Positions 46,735 through 59,420 of a DNA stretch of 64,000 nucleotides are shown here, piece by piece. The translations under genes were made by a program, and so were the position numbers. The stretch spans positions 229,340,001-229,404,000 of the forward strand of contig NC_086097.1 of the NCBI RefSeq assembly GCF_963921235.1, written 5' to 3'. The notes under the pieces were generated by a model. It made no database searches. It worked only from the letters and a program-made list of their open reading frames with translations, and had not been told where the DNA came from. How positions within the stretch are numbered: the first letter of the stretch is position 1; each line of letters opens with the position of its first letter. This DNA comes from Mobula hypostoma (Eukaryota).

Positions 46735-49410
46735 AGAAGTCAAGACATGTCAAGTCACTTTTTATTGTCATTTTGAGATAACTGCTGGTACAGTACACAG
46801 TAAAAACGAGACAACGTTTTTCAGGACCATGGTGCTACATGAACAATACAAAAACTACACTGAACTACGTAGAATAACACAAAGCTACACTAGACTACAG
46901 ACCTACCAAGGACCGCATAAAGTGCACAAAACAGTGCAGGCACTACAATAAATAATAAACAAGACAATAGGCACAGTAGAGGGCAGTAGGTTGGTGTCAG
47001 TCCAGGCTCTGGGTATTGAGGAGTCTGATAGCGTGGGGGAAGAAACTGTTACATAGTCTGGTCGTGAGAGCCCAGATACTTCGGTGCCTTTTGCCAAATG
47101 GCAGGAGGGAGAAGAGTTTGTATGAGGGGTGTGTGGGGTCCTTCACAATGCTGTTTGCTTTACAGATGTAGCATGTGGTGTAAATGTATGTAATGGTGGG
47201 AAGAGAGACCCCGATGATCTTCCCATCTGACCTCACTATCTGCTGCAGGGTCTTGCGATCTGAGATGGTGCAATTTCCGAACCAGGCAGTGATGCAGCTG
47301 CTCAGGATGCTCTCAATACAACTGCTGTAGAATGTGGTGAGGATGGGGGGTGGGAGATGGACTTTTCTCAGCCTTCACAGAAAGTAGAGACGCTGCTGGG
47401 ATTTCTTTGCTATGGAGCTGGTGCTGAGGGACCAGGTGAGATTCTCCGCCAGTTGAACACCAAGAAATTTGGTGCTCTTAACGATCTCGATGGAGGAGTC
47501 GTCGATGTTCAGCGGAGAATGGTCGTTCCGTGTCCTCCTGAAGACAACAACCATCTCTTTTGTTTTAAGCAACACACATCAAAGTTGCTGGTGAATGCAG
47601 CAGGCCAGGCAGCATCTCTAGGAAGAGGTACAGTCGACATTTCAGGCCGAGACCTTTTGTCAGGACTAACTGAAGGAAGAGTGTTTTGTTCACATTCAGA
47701 GACAGGTTGTTGGCTTTGCACCAGTCCATTAGCCGCTGCACCTCCTCTCTGTATGCTGCCTCATCGTTCTTGCTGATGGGACCCACCATGGTCATGCCAT
47801 CGACAAACTTGATGATGTGGTTCGAGCTGTGTGTTGCAGCACAGCCGTGGGTCAGCAGAGTGAACAGCAGTGGACTGAGCACACAGCCCTGGGGGTGCCC
47901 CTGTGCTCAGTGTGATGGTGTTGGAGATGCTGCTTCCAATCCAGACTGACTGAGGTCTCCCAGTCTGGAAGTCTAGGATCCATTTGCAGAGGGAGGTGTT
48001 CAGGCCCAGTAGGCTCAGTTTTCCAATCAGTTTCTGAGGAATGATTGTGTTGAATGCTGAACTGAAGTCTATGAACAGCATTCGCACGTACATGTCATTT
48101 TTGTCCAGGTGGGTTAGGGCCAGGTGGAGGATGATGGCAATGGAGTCATCTGTTGAATGGTTGGGACGGTATGCGAACTGCAGGGTGTCCAGTGAGGAGG
48201 GCAGCAGGATCTTGATGTGCCTCATGACGAGCCTCTCGAAACACTTCATGAGGATGAATGTGAGTGCGACAGGATGGTAGTCGTTGAGGCAGGACACTGA
48301 AGACTTCTTCGGCATGGGGACGATGGTGGCGGCCTTGAAGCACGTAGGAACAACGGTGCTGCTCAGGGAGATGTTGAAGATGTCAGTGAGAATCTCAGCT
48401 AGCTGGTCTGCACATCCTCTGAGCACTCTGCCAGGAATATTGTCTGGTCCAGCAGCCTTCCGTGGGTTGACCCTACACAGGGTTCTCCTCACATTGGCCA
48501 TGGTAAAACACAGCACTTGGTCGTTTGGAGGAGGGGTGGTCTTCCTCACCGCCACGTTATTTTCCATCTCAAAATGAGTGTAGAAGTTATTCAATGCATC
48601 TGGGAGGGAGGCATCACCAGCACAGTCAGGTGGTGTTGTCTTGTAGTTGGTGATGTCCTGAATGCCCTTCCACATGCGCCACGTGTCACCGCTGTCCTGG
48701 AAGTGGCTGTGGATTTGCTGGGCGTGAGCACACTTTGCCTCTCTGATGGCCCAGAACAGTTTGGCCCTCGCTGTTGGGGTTAGGGCTGCCTTGTCGCCTG
48801 CTCTGAAGGCGGAGTCATGGGTCCTCAGCGGAGCACGCACCTCCGTGGTCTTCCATGGCTTCTTGTTAGCATGTGTAGTGATGGTCTTGGCCACAGTGAT
48901 ATCATCAATGCACTTGCTGATGTAGCTAGTCACTGATGCTGTGTACTCCTCTAAGCTGGTCGAGTCGCCATCAGTTGCAGCCTCCCTGAACATGTGCCAG
49001 TCTGTGTGCTCAAAGCAGTCTTGAAGAGCAGAGATGGCTCCTGCTGGCCAGGTTTTCACCTGCTTCAGAACTGGTCTGGAGTGCCTGACAAGCGGTCTGT
49101 ATGCTGGGATTAGCATAGCAGAGATGTTGTCTGAGTAACCGAGGTGGGGGCAGGGCTCCACTTGGTACGCGCCGGGAATGTTTGTGTAAACAAGGTCCGA
49201 AGTGTTCTCCCCTCTCGTTGCAAAGTCCACATACTGATGGAATTTGGGGTGCACTGACTTAAGGTTTGCATGGTTAAAATCTCCGGCGACAATAAACAGT
49301 CCATCAGGGTGTGCGTTCTGCAGTTCGCTAATAGCCCCATACAATTCACAGAGCGCCTCCTTGGCATTAGCGCTGGGGGGAATGTAGACACTGACTATAA
49401 GGACAGTGGT
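46735..49410 (-). mobile_element. 5'-truncated Rex1/Babar LINE with a long open segment (APE C-terminal half to RT)
   Basis: ORF 47761..49446: [49 protein letters not shown]; frameshift at the PQG motif; (CTTGA)n-like tail. Confidence 0.92.
47567..47681 (-). mobile_element. 115-bp Penelope terminal fragment with a mutated hammerhead
   Basis: 6-bp TSD tgtttt at 47561-47566 and 47682-47687; minus strand agtc-ctgacaa-a-agg-tctcgg-cct-gaaa-tgtc-gact. Confidence 0.78.
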
Positions 49411-49824
49411 TGTGTTATTGTTGCACAATGAAAAGAGAATCAACACAAACTATTCATCCGAGTATTTATTAGAACATGAAAAGGAACAAATAAATGCCTT
49501 TGAGCAATTTTCCAGAATTGAAATCTGCGCCTAAAAGAATCCAGTGGCATTTGTCCAATTTCCTCTTGTTCTCTCCGTTGGCAGTTGGCCAGCCCATCTG
49601 TCAAACAGAATGTATTTATATACATTGTGAGACCCATCCTCCAGAAGGAAAACAGTCATTAATCTGCTCAAATATAGTCATTTGCATTAATTTACCAGAT
49701 ACCTTCTGACAGCCTTATAGGACCCCTGGTTAAACTGCACCACAGTCGGTACAGCATCTCTGTTTCCGTGACACATGCTCTTACATTTTGGATTAAATTC
49801 GTTACACCAGGCAAAATGGGACTC

Positions 49825-50110
49825 AAATTAGATGTTATAACAGCTTGGGGCGTTGGTTCAGAGCTCAATCCGAGCGTCCTCTGTAAGGAGTCTGTACATC
49901 CTTCCTATGGCGGGTGTGGGTTTTCTCTGGGTTCTCTGGTTCCCTTCCACAGTCCATTGGTACACGAGTTAGTAGGTTAATTGATCATTGTAAACAGTCC
50001 CGTGATTAGGTCAGGGTTAAAAAAGTGGGTTGTCAGGGGTTGCTGGGCAGCATGGCTCGAAGGGCCAGAAGAACCTATTCTGCACTGCATTGCTAAATAA
50101 AAATAAAAAT
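49825..50110 (+). mobile_element. V-domain (HE1-like) SINE
   Basis: ctgtaaggagtctgtacatcc...gtgggttttctctggg core; taaataaaaataaaa tail. Confidence 0.7.
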
Positions 50111-50608
50111 TTAATCAGTATTTACATGTTTCAAGCATGATTATTCACTCATTTTCAAGCCTTTCTGATTATCCTCTGTTGAGGTACTGTCATCTCCCCA
50201 CTTTCAACAGATGATTGTACTGTATATTTTTAGTTATAAAATATATCCTGAATTGGATTCACCACTGTGGTGTTGGCAGTTTCTTCTCCATATGGCTGTT
50301 TAGTAAGACAAGTAAACAGTGTAGAGCAAACAACTGTTATTTTTGGCAAATGACACTCAACTAACAGCAGTGGTTGATACAACAATATTTTCAAAGAGGT
50401 ACCACAGATGTGTTCAAAGAGGGACACACAAGATATATATTGCATGGCTATTTGCTGACGTGGTAATAAATGCATAAAGCAATAACAATTTTCACCTTGT
50501 TACAATTATCATGGAGTAACAGAATAAAACTCTTGTAATCCAACGCCTTTAGAGCTTTGGTGGCACTGGTTTGCCAGATTTTCCGAATTATTAGATATTG
50601 TTAATTAT

Positions 50609-50669
50609 TACACCTAATGACCACTTTATTAGGTGCAGGAATGTACATAATATAATGGCCACGGGAGTG
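50609..50669. mobile_element. Tiny degenerate Tc1/mariner-type MITE (TIRs only)
   Basis: TA followed by imperfect inverted repeats ccactttattaggtgca / tgtacataatataatggcc. Confidence 0.4.
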
Positions 50670-51149
50670 GATCCTGGTGTGAGAGGGGTTTTTGCGTTAA
50701 GCACATCTAGCAGATAACTTTAGCCACCAATCTTCAATATAGATTGTAGATTTAATTTTAAAAGCCTTGAATCACAGACCAGACAATGCTGATTAAAATT
50801 CATTTAGATGTCTGTAGTGTGGGTGCGAATTGGGAGGTGTGAAGTTTGTGCGTAGTTTCAAAAAAAGCATTGTGGGTCCATTGTAAATATGGATATATCC
50901 TTTGATGTTTAGCATATAAAATATAGAGCCCCACATTGGGACAGACAGACCTTTTTACATCCAAAAGGGTCTCCATATGATGCTTGCTGTATCTTGTTTT
51001 GTCAAGGAGGTTGCTTCATATCTACCACAAACAGGAGAAAATCTGCAGATGGTGGAAATCCAAGCAACACGCAAAATGCTGGAGGAATTCAGCAGGCCAG
51101 GCAGCATCTGTGGAAATAAGTACAGTCGACATTTCGGGTCGAAGGAACA

Positions 51150-51590
51150 CTTGGTTTGGTCTTCCACTGCCCATCCACTTCAAGATACCATGGGTTGTGT
51201 GTTTGTAGATACTCTTCTGCACACCACTGTTGCAACATATGGTTATTTGAGTTGCTGTCACCTTCCTGTCATCTTGAACCAGTCAGACCATTCTCCTCTG
51301 ACCTCTCTCATTAATGAAGCATTTCCCCCCACAGTACCGCTGCTCACTGTTTTTGTTGTTCTTTTTCACCCCATTCTCTGTAAACTCTTATGTGTGAAAA
51401 ACCCAGGAGATCATCAGTTTCTGAGATACTCAAAACCACCCTGTCTAGCACCAACCATCATTCCATGCTCAAAGTGACTTAGATCACGTTTCTTCCTCAT
51501 TCTGATGTTTGGTCTGAACAACAACTGACTCTCTTGACCACGTCTGTATGCTTTTATGCATTGAGTTACTGCGTCATGATTGGTTCTTGA
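51150..51590 (-). mobile_element. Tc1-like DNA transposon remnant (transposase N-terminus)
   Basis: From ATG at 51500: MRKKRDLSHFEHGMMVGARQGG / frameshift / SISETDDLLGFSH, a Tc1 HTH-type N-terminus. Confidence 0.78.
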
Positions 51591-52831
51591 TTAGTAAGTG
51601 TGTCAAAGGTTATGGGTCGCTGTCTATAAGGAGCTTATATGTTCTTCTCATGACTGCATGGATTTCCTCAGGGTGCTGTATTTCCCCACAATCCAAAGAT
51701 GACGGTTAGGATTAGAAAGTTGTGAGCATGCTATGTTGGTTCATGGCGACACAGGTGGGCTGCTCCCGAGCACATGTTCAGACTGTCAGCGCAAATGATG
51801 CATTTTACTGCACGTTACAATGTTCATGTGATAAATGAAGCTAATCTTCATCTTCTTTTATTTTTGTTCCCTCCCCCATAGGACTTTCAAAAGTAAAAGT
51901 GTTTTTAATGGTGAAATTGTGGAATTTATTACTGTGGAAGCCAAGTCCTTGAGTATATTTAAATCAGAGGTTGACAGGTTCTTGGTTAGTAAGGACATCA
52001 AATGTTAAGGAGAGAATAATGTTGAGAGGGATAATAAATCAGACATGATGGATTAGCAGAGCAGACTCAATGTGTTAAATGGCCTGATTCTGTTCCTATG
52101 TCTTATGGTCTTATGGTCTAAGGTAGCAAAGACAAGCCAGTGAAGTACGGGCTAGTCAGCCTGACATCAGCAGTGGGGAAGTTACGAGAGGGAATTTAGA
52201 GGGGCAGGATCTACCACCATTCGGATGGACAGATTAGGAGGGGTCAGCATGGCTTTGTGTGTGGAAAGTCATGCTTGAGGAACTTTTCTGAATTGTTTAA
52301 AGAACTGACCAAAGAGGTAACTGAGAATAGGGCAGTAGATGTTGTCTATATGGACTTCAGCAAGGCGTCAACAAGGTCCCATGTGGAAGATTGTTGTCTG
52401 GAAGGGCAGGTCCCCTGTAATCCAGAAAGAGATGGATAGGTGGATTCAAAATTGGACGGCTAACTGGATTCAAAATCTACCTCCTACTTCAAAATAGTGA
52501 GTTAGGAATCAGAGGGTGGTAGCTGAAGGTTGTTTCCCAGAATGAAGGCCAGTGACTAGCGGTCAGTGTTGGGATCCTTATTATTTTTTACTTACAGTAG
52601 TTTTAACGGGGGAACGACTGCAGAAGCGCATGGACATCAGCCAGTAAGAACTGTGAGAAGATAGTCAGAGGCTTTTTCCCAGGGCGAAAATGGCTAGCAT
52701 GAGAGGGCATAGTTTTAAGGTGCTTGAAAGTAGGTACAGAGGAGATGTCAGGGGTAAGTTTCTTACTCAGAGAGTGGTGAGTGCATGGAATGGGTTGCCG
52801 GCAGCTGTGGTGGAGGCAGAAGTGATAGGAT

Positions 52832-55800
52832 CATAGAAACATAGAAACAGAGAAAATAGGTACAGGAGTAGGCCATTCAGCCCTTCGAGCCTGCACCGCC
52901 ATTCAGTTTGATCATGACTGATCATCCTATTCAGAACCCTGTACCAGCCTTCCCTCCATACCCCCTGATCCCTTTAGCCACAAGGGCCATATCTAACTCC
53001 CTCTTAAATATAGCCAATGAACTGGCCTCAACTGTTTCCTCTGGCAGAGAATTCCACAGATTCACCACTCTCTGTGTGAAGAAGTTTTTCCTAATCTCAG
53101 TCCTAAAAGGCTTCCCCTTTATCCTCAAACTGTGACCCCTCGTTCTGGACTTCCCCAACATCGGGAACAATCTTCCTGCATCTAGCCTGTCCAATCCCTT
53201 TAGGATTTTATACGTTTCAATCAGATCCCCCCTCAATCTTCTAAATTCCAATGAGTATAAGCCTAGTTGATCCAGTCTTTCATCATATGAAAGTCCTGCC
53301 ATCCCAGGAATCAATCTGGTGAACCTTCTTTGTACTCCCTCTATGGCAAGGATGTCTTTCCTCAGATTAGGGGACCAAAACTGCACACAATACTCCAGGT
53401 GTGGTCTCACCAAGGCCTTGTACAACTGCAGTAGTACCTCCCTGCTCCTGTACTCGAACCCTCTTGCTATGAATGCCAGCATACCATTCACTTTTTTCAC
53501 CGCCTGCTGTACCTGCATGCCCACTTTCAATGACTGGTGTATAATGACACCGAGGTCTCGTTGCACCTCCCCTTTTCCTAATTGGTCATCATTCAGATAA
53601 TAATCTGTTTTCCTGTTTTTGCTACCAAGGTGGATAACCTCACATTTATCCACATTAAATTGCATCTGCCATGAATTTGCCCACTCACCTAACCTATCCA
53701 AGTCATCCTGCATCCTCTTAGCATCCTCCTCACAGCTAACACTGCCGCCCAGCTTCATGTCATCTGCAAACTTGGAGATGCTGCATTTAATTCCCTCATC
53801 TAAGTCATTAATATATATTGTAAACAACTGGGGTCCCAGCACTGAGCCTTGCGGTACCCCACTAGTCACTGCCTGCCATTCCGAAAAGGTCCCGTTTATT
53901 CCCACTCTTTGCTTCCTGTCTGCCAACCAATTCTCTATCCACATCAATACCTTACCCCCAATACCATGTGCTTTAAGTTTGCACACTAATCTCCTGTGTG
54001 GGACCTTGTCAAAAGCCTTTTGAAAATCCAAATATACCACATCCACTGGTTCTCCCCTATCCACTCTACTAGTTACATGCTCAAAAAATTCTATGAGATT
54101 CGTCAGACATAATTTTCCTTTCACAAATCCATGCTGACTTTGTCTGATGAATTCACCGTTTTCCAAATGTGCAGTTATCACATCTTTGATAACTGACTCT
54201 AGCATTTTCCCCACCACTGATGTTAGGCTAACCAGTCTATAATTCCCCGGTTTCTCTCTCCCTTCTTTTTTAAAAAGTGTGGTTACATTAGCCACCCTCC
54301 AATCCTCAGGAACTAGTCCAGAATCTAACGAGTTTTGAAAAATTATCACTAATGCATCCACTATTTCTTGGGCTACTTCCTTAAGCACTCTGGGATGCAG
54401 ACCATCTAGCCCTGGGGATTTATCTGCCTTTAATCCCTTCAATTTACCTAACACCACTTCCCTACTAACATGTATTTCCCTCAGTTCCTCCATCTCACTG
54501 GACCCTCTGTCCCCTACTATTTCCAGAAGATTATTTATGTCCTCCTTAGTGAAGACAGAACCAAAGTAGTTATTCAATTGGTCTGCCATGTCCTTGCTCC
54601 CCATAATCAATTCACCTGTTTCTGTCTGTAGGGGACCTACATTTGTCTTAACCAATCTTTTTCTTTTCACATATCTATAAAAGCTTTTACAGTCAGTTTT
54701 TATGTTCCCTGCCAGTTTTCTCTCATAATCTCTTTTCCCCTTCCCAATTAAGCCCTTTGTCCTCCTCTGCTGGACTCTGAATTTCTCCCAGTCCTCAGGT
54801 GAGCCACTTTTTCTGGCTAATTTGTATGCTTCTTCTTTGGAATTGATACTATCCCTAATTTCCCTTGTCAGCCATGGGTGCACTACCTTCCTTGATTTAT
54901 TCTTTTGCCAAACTGGGATGAACAATTGTTGTAGTTCATCCATGCGATCTTTAAATGCTTGCCATTGCATATCCACCATCAATCCTTTAAGGTGTCATTT
55001 GCCAGTCTATCTTAGCTAATTCACGCCTCATACCTTCAAAGTTATCCTTCTTTAAGTTCAGAACCTTTGTTTCTGAATTAACTATGTCACTCTCCTTCTT
55101 AGTGAAGAATTCCACCATATTATGGTCACTCTTACCCAAGGGACCTCTCACGACAAGATCGCTAATTAACCCTTCTTCATTGCTCAATACCCAGTCTAGA
55201 ATACCCTGCTCTCTAGTTGGTTCCTCAACATGTTGGTTCAAAAAACCATCCCGCATACATTCCAAGAAATCCTCTTCCTCAGCACCCTTACCAATTTGGT
55301 TCACCAATCTATATGTAGATTGAAGTCACCCATTATAACTGCTGTTCCTTTATTGCACACATTTCTAATTTCCTGTTTAATACCATCCCCAACCTCACTA
55401 CTCCTGTTAGGTGGCCTGTACCAGCGTTTTCTGCCCCCTAGTGTTATGCAGCTCTACCCATATCGATTCCACATCCTCCCGGCTAATGTCCTTCCTTTCT
55501 ATTGCGTTAATCTCCTCTCTAACCAGCAATGCTACCCCACCTCCTTTTCTTTCATGTCTATCCCTCCTGAATATTGAATATCCCTGAATGTTGAGCTCCC
55601 ATCCTTGGTCACCCTGGAGCCATGTCTCTGTGATCCCAACTATATCATATTCATTAATAACAATCTGCACTTTTAATTCATCCACGAACGCTCCTTGCAT
55701 TGACACACAAAGCCTTCAGGCTCACTTTTACAACACTCTTAGCCCTTATACAATTATGTTGAAAAGTGGCCCTTTTTGATTTTTGCCCTGGATTTGCCGG

Positions 55801-56803
55801 CCTACCACTTTTACTTTTCACCTTACTACTTTTTGCTTCTACTCTTATTTTACACCCCTCTGTCTCTCTGCACTGGTTCCCATCCCCCTGTTGTGAACTA
55901 ACCTCCTCTCTCCTAGTCTCTTTAATTTGATTCCCACCCCCCAACCATTCTAGTTCAAAGTCACCTCAGTAGCCCTCGCAAATCTCCCCGCCAGGATATT
56001 GATTCCCCTAGGATTCAAGCGTAACTCACCCTTTTTGTACAGGTCACACCTGCGCCAAAAGAGGTCCCAATGATCCAAAAACTTGAATCCCTGCCCCCTG
56101 CTCCAATCCCTCAGCCACGCATTTATCCTCCACCTCATTGCATTCCTACTCTCACTGTTGCGTGGCACAGGCAGTAATCCCAAGATTACTACCTTTGCGG
56201 TCCTTTTTCTCAACTCCCTTCCTAGCTCCCTATATTCTCCTTGCAGAACCTCTTCCCTTTTCCTACCTATGACATTGGTACCTATATGTACCACGACTTC
56301 TGGATCCTCACCCTCCCACTTCAGGATATCTTGGACACGATCAGAAATATCCCGGACCCTGGCACCAGGGAGGCAAACTACCATCCGGGTCTCTGGACTG
56401 CGTCCACAGAATTGCCTATCTGACCCCCTTACTATCGAGTCCCCTATTACAACTGCCCTCCTCTTCCTTTCCCTACCCTTCTGAGCTACAGGGCCGGACT
56501 CTGTGCCGGAGGCACGGCCACTGTCGCTTCCCCCAGGTAAGCTGTCCCCCCCAACAGTACTCAAACAGGAGTACCTATTGTCAAGGGGCACAGCCACTGG
56601 GGTACTCTCTATTACCTGACTCTTCCCCTTCCCCCTCATAACCGTGACCCACTTGTCTGCCTCCCGTGGCCCCGGTGTGACCACCTGCCTGTAAGTCCTC
56701 CCTATCAACTCCTCACTCTCCCTGACCAGACGAAGGTCATCGAGCTGCAGCTCCAGTTCCGTAACGCGGTCCCTTAGGAGCTGCATCTTGGCGCACCTGG
56801 TGC
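52832..56803 (-). mobile_element. Near full-length young CR1 LINE
   Basis: ORF1 (CTRC, coiled coil, VIGDSIVRG...VHIGTN esterase) at 55950 to about 56800, a frameshifted APE region, an open RT region and a (TTTCTATG)n tail. Confidence 0.95.
52931..54982 (-). pseudogene. CR1 ORF2 RT half, 683 codons open; upstream APE part disrupted
   Basis: [61 protein letters not shown] pieces lie in separate ORFs at 54987-55944. Confidence 0.92.
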
Positions 56804-57936
56804 AAATGTAGTGTATATGGATATCAGCAAGGCATTTGATAAGTTGCCCCATGCAAGGTTTATTTAGATAAAGGAGGCATGGGATCCAAGGGCACTGGAA
56901 ACCTGTGCCAACCAACTGGCAGGAGTGTTCAAGGACATTTTCAATCTCTCATTGCTGCAGTCAGAGGTTGCAGTCCTGCTTGCAAAAGAGTGACAATCAT
57001 ACCAGTGCCCAAGAAGATCAGGGTGATAGCATCAACGAATATCGCCCAGTTGCACTCACATCTACCATGATTAAGTACTTTGAGGGGTCAACTGCTGCCT
57101 AAGCAAGGGCCTGAGCCTGCTGCAATTTGCCTATCACCACAATAGATCTACAGTAGATGCAATTTCACTTGCTCTACACTCAGCCCTGTATCACCTGGAG
57201 TTTAGTAATACCTATGTTGGGCTGCTGTTTATTGATTCGACCCCAGGTTCAACACCCTATATCCTCGGTACTAATCAACAAGCTCCAAAACCTGGGCCTC
57301 TGTACTTTCCTCTGCAACTGGATCCTTGACTTCCTCACTAGGAGACCACAGTCAGTGTGGATCAGATATAACATCTCCTCATTGACAATCAACACTGGCG
57401 CACCTCAAGGATATGTGCTTAGCCTACTGCTCTACTTGCTCTACACCGGTGTTGATGTGGCTCGGCACAGCTCAAATACCATCCGTAAATTTGTTGATAT
57501 CACAACAATTGTTGATAAAATTTCAGATGGTGACAAGGAGGTGTACAGGAATGAAAGAAATCAGCTGGTTGAATGGTATTGCAAAAACAACCTTGCACTC
57601 TCAGGCCTGCATTAAGGCCTCTTCCAGTCTCCACCCAGCTAACAGGAGTCACCTGCCATTCATTTCGACCTCATCACCGGCAGCCTATTTAAACCCTACT
57701 CTCATCCAGAATCCTTGTTCACTTTTCAAACTAGCCACCCTTAACCAGATGCTCCTTGCTTTCAGTTTCTTTGTTGCCAGTTGTCTTTAGTATCTGTTCA
57801 CTCTTGTATTGTGACTACTCGTGGCTTGTTATTTTTGCAGTCCGTTATCAAAGTTATTGTTCATTGCTGAGTCATCTCTGATCCTCTGCTTTTAGGTCAA
57901 GCCTGTGCCATATTTCCTATCATGCCCTCAACATTA

Positions 57937-59420
57937 TGTCATGGTCCGGTCCAAAGTCCGCATTCCGGTTCACGGTCCAGTCCGCAGACTCCAGACTCTG
58001 GGTCTTCCGACTGTCCCTTGTTTCGGTTGGACTTAACCTTAAGCACATGATGCTCATCTTGGAGCTGGCAATATAAGTGGCCCTGGGATTGAGTGTGGTT
58101 GCTAGGTTGTGTTGTCAGTCTCCCCTTGGAGCAACCCAGTGGTGGAAGGCTAGTGCAGTCATCGAGATACGGATTTAGCTGTTCCGTAGCCCGCCGAGGT
58201 TACTGACCGCCTCAAGTCTTGGAGCCACCCCAGAGCTAGCTCCCTTCTGTCCCTTGCCTCTGTCGGGTAAGCCAGGCCATTTGTCGTTATCCTGCGGTTG
58301 TGTCTGTCCCTCCCTGCCCTTGCCTCTGTTGGGTAAGCCAGGCCATTTGTCGTTATCCTGCGGTTGTGTCTGTCCCTCCCTGCCCTTGCCTCTATTGGGT
58401 AAGCCAGGCCGTTTGCTGTTACCCTGCAGTTGGGTCTATTCCTCCCTGCCCTTGCCTCTGTTGGGTAAGCCAGGCCGTTTGTCGTTATCCTGCGGTTGTG
58501 TCTGTCCCTCCCTGCCCTTGCCTCTGTCGGGTAAGCCAGGCCATTTGTCGTTATCCTGCGGTTGTGTCTGTCCCTCCCTGCCCTTGCCTCTGTCGGGTAA
58601 GCCAGGCCATTTGTCGTTATCCTGCGGTTGTGTCTGTCCCTCCCTGCCCTTGCCTCTGTCGGGTAAGCCAGGCCATTTGTCGTTATCCTGCGGTTGTGTC
58701 TGTCCCTCCCTGCCCTTGCCTCTGTCGGGTAAGCCAGGCCATTTGTCGTTATCCTGCGGTTGTGTCTGTCCCTCCCTGCCCTTGCCTCTGTCGGGTAAGC
58801 CAGGCCGTTTGCCGTTACCCTGCAGTTGGGTCTATTCCTCCCTGCCCTTGCCTCTGTTGGGTAAGCCAGGCCGTTTGCCGTTACCCTGCAGTTGGGTCTA
58901 TTCCTCCCTGCCCTTGCCTCTGTTGGGTAAGCCAGGCCGTTTGCTGTTACCCTGCAGTTGGGTCTATTCCTCCCTGCCCTTGCCTCTGTTGGGTAAGCCA
59001 GGCCGTTTGCCGTTACCCTGCAGTTGGGTCTATTCCTCCCTGTCCTTGCCTCCATGGGGTGGAGTCCCGTGTCCTGCCCAGGAGTTGCCTTGGAGTACCC
59101 TGGCCTTGTCACATCTTCGCCTGGCCTCCAGGAACCCGAGGCTCGCCACGTCTTTGCCTGGTTTTGGGGTTCGAGCCTGAGTCAAGACCCAGTTTCTGGG
59201 TCCTTGTCCAGTCTCTGGCTCAGAGTCCATGCCCAGGCTCCTTGTTCCCAGTTCCTCGTCCTGGTCCTGCTCCCCTAGCCTTGTCTGTGTTCCTGTCCCT
59301 GCTCCTAGTCTGCGTCCTGTCCCGTCATTTAGTTTTGTCCGTTTCTGTTCCTGGTACTTCAGTGTCTGTGTCTTGCATTTGGATCCGTTCCCAACGCGCC
59401 ACCCCCCCCCCATTGTGACA
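57937..59420 (+). mobile_element. Solo LTR (family B), copy 2
   Basis: TGTCA...TGACA termini, 5-bp TSD CATTA at 57932-57936 and 59421-59425; TATA-like atataag near 58070. Confidence 0.88.
58250..59053. repeat. 12 x 66-bp minisatellite with two unit variants, inside the LTR
   Basis: 22-codon periodicity in three overlapping ORFs; + strand order AABAAAAABBBB. Confidence 0.97.

Noticed and set aside
56804..56915. N-terminal extension of CR1 ORF1 (ORF 55950..56915)
   Set aside because: These bases are a + strand CR1 RT scrap (VYMD.SKAFDK) and the Rex1 junction, in frame by chance.
58250..59053. CRISPR-like array (constant block plus variable block)
   Set aside because: The variable blocks are only two related variants, not unique spacers. 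The array lies inside a TSD-flanked eukaryotic LTR and there are no cas genes.
58159..59418. 308-372-aa repetitive ORFs on both strands
   Set aside because: By-product of a 66-bp unit (a multiple of 3) lacking stops in those frames; no recognisable domain.
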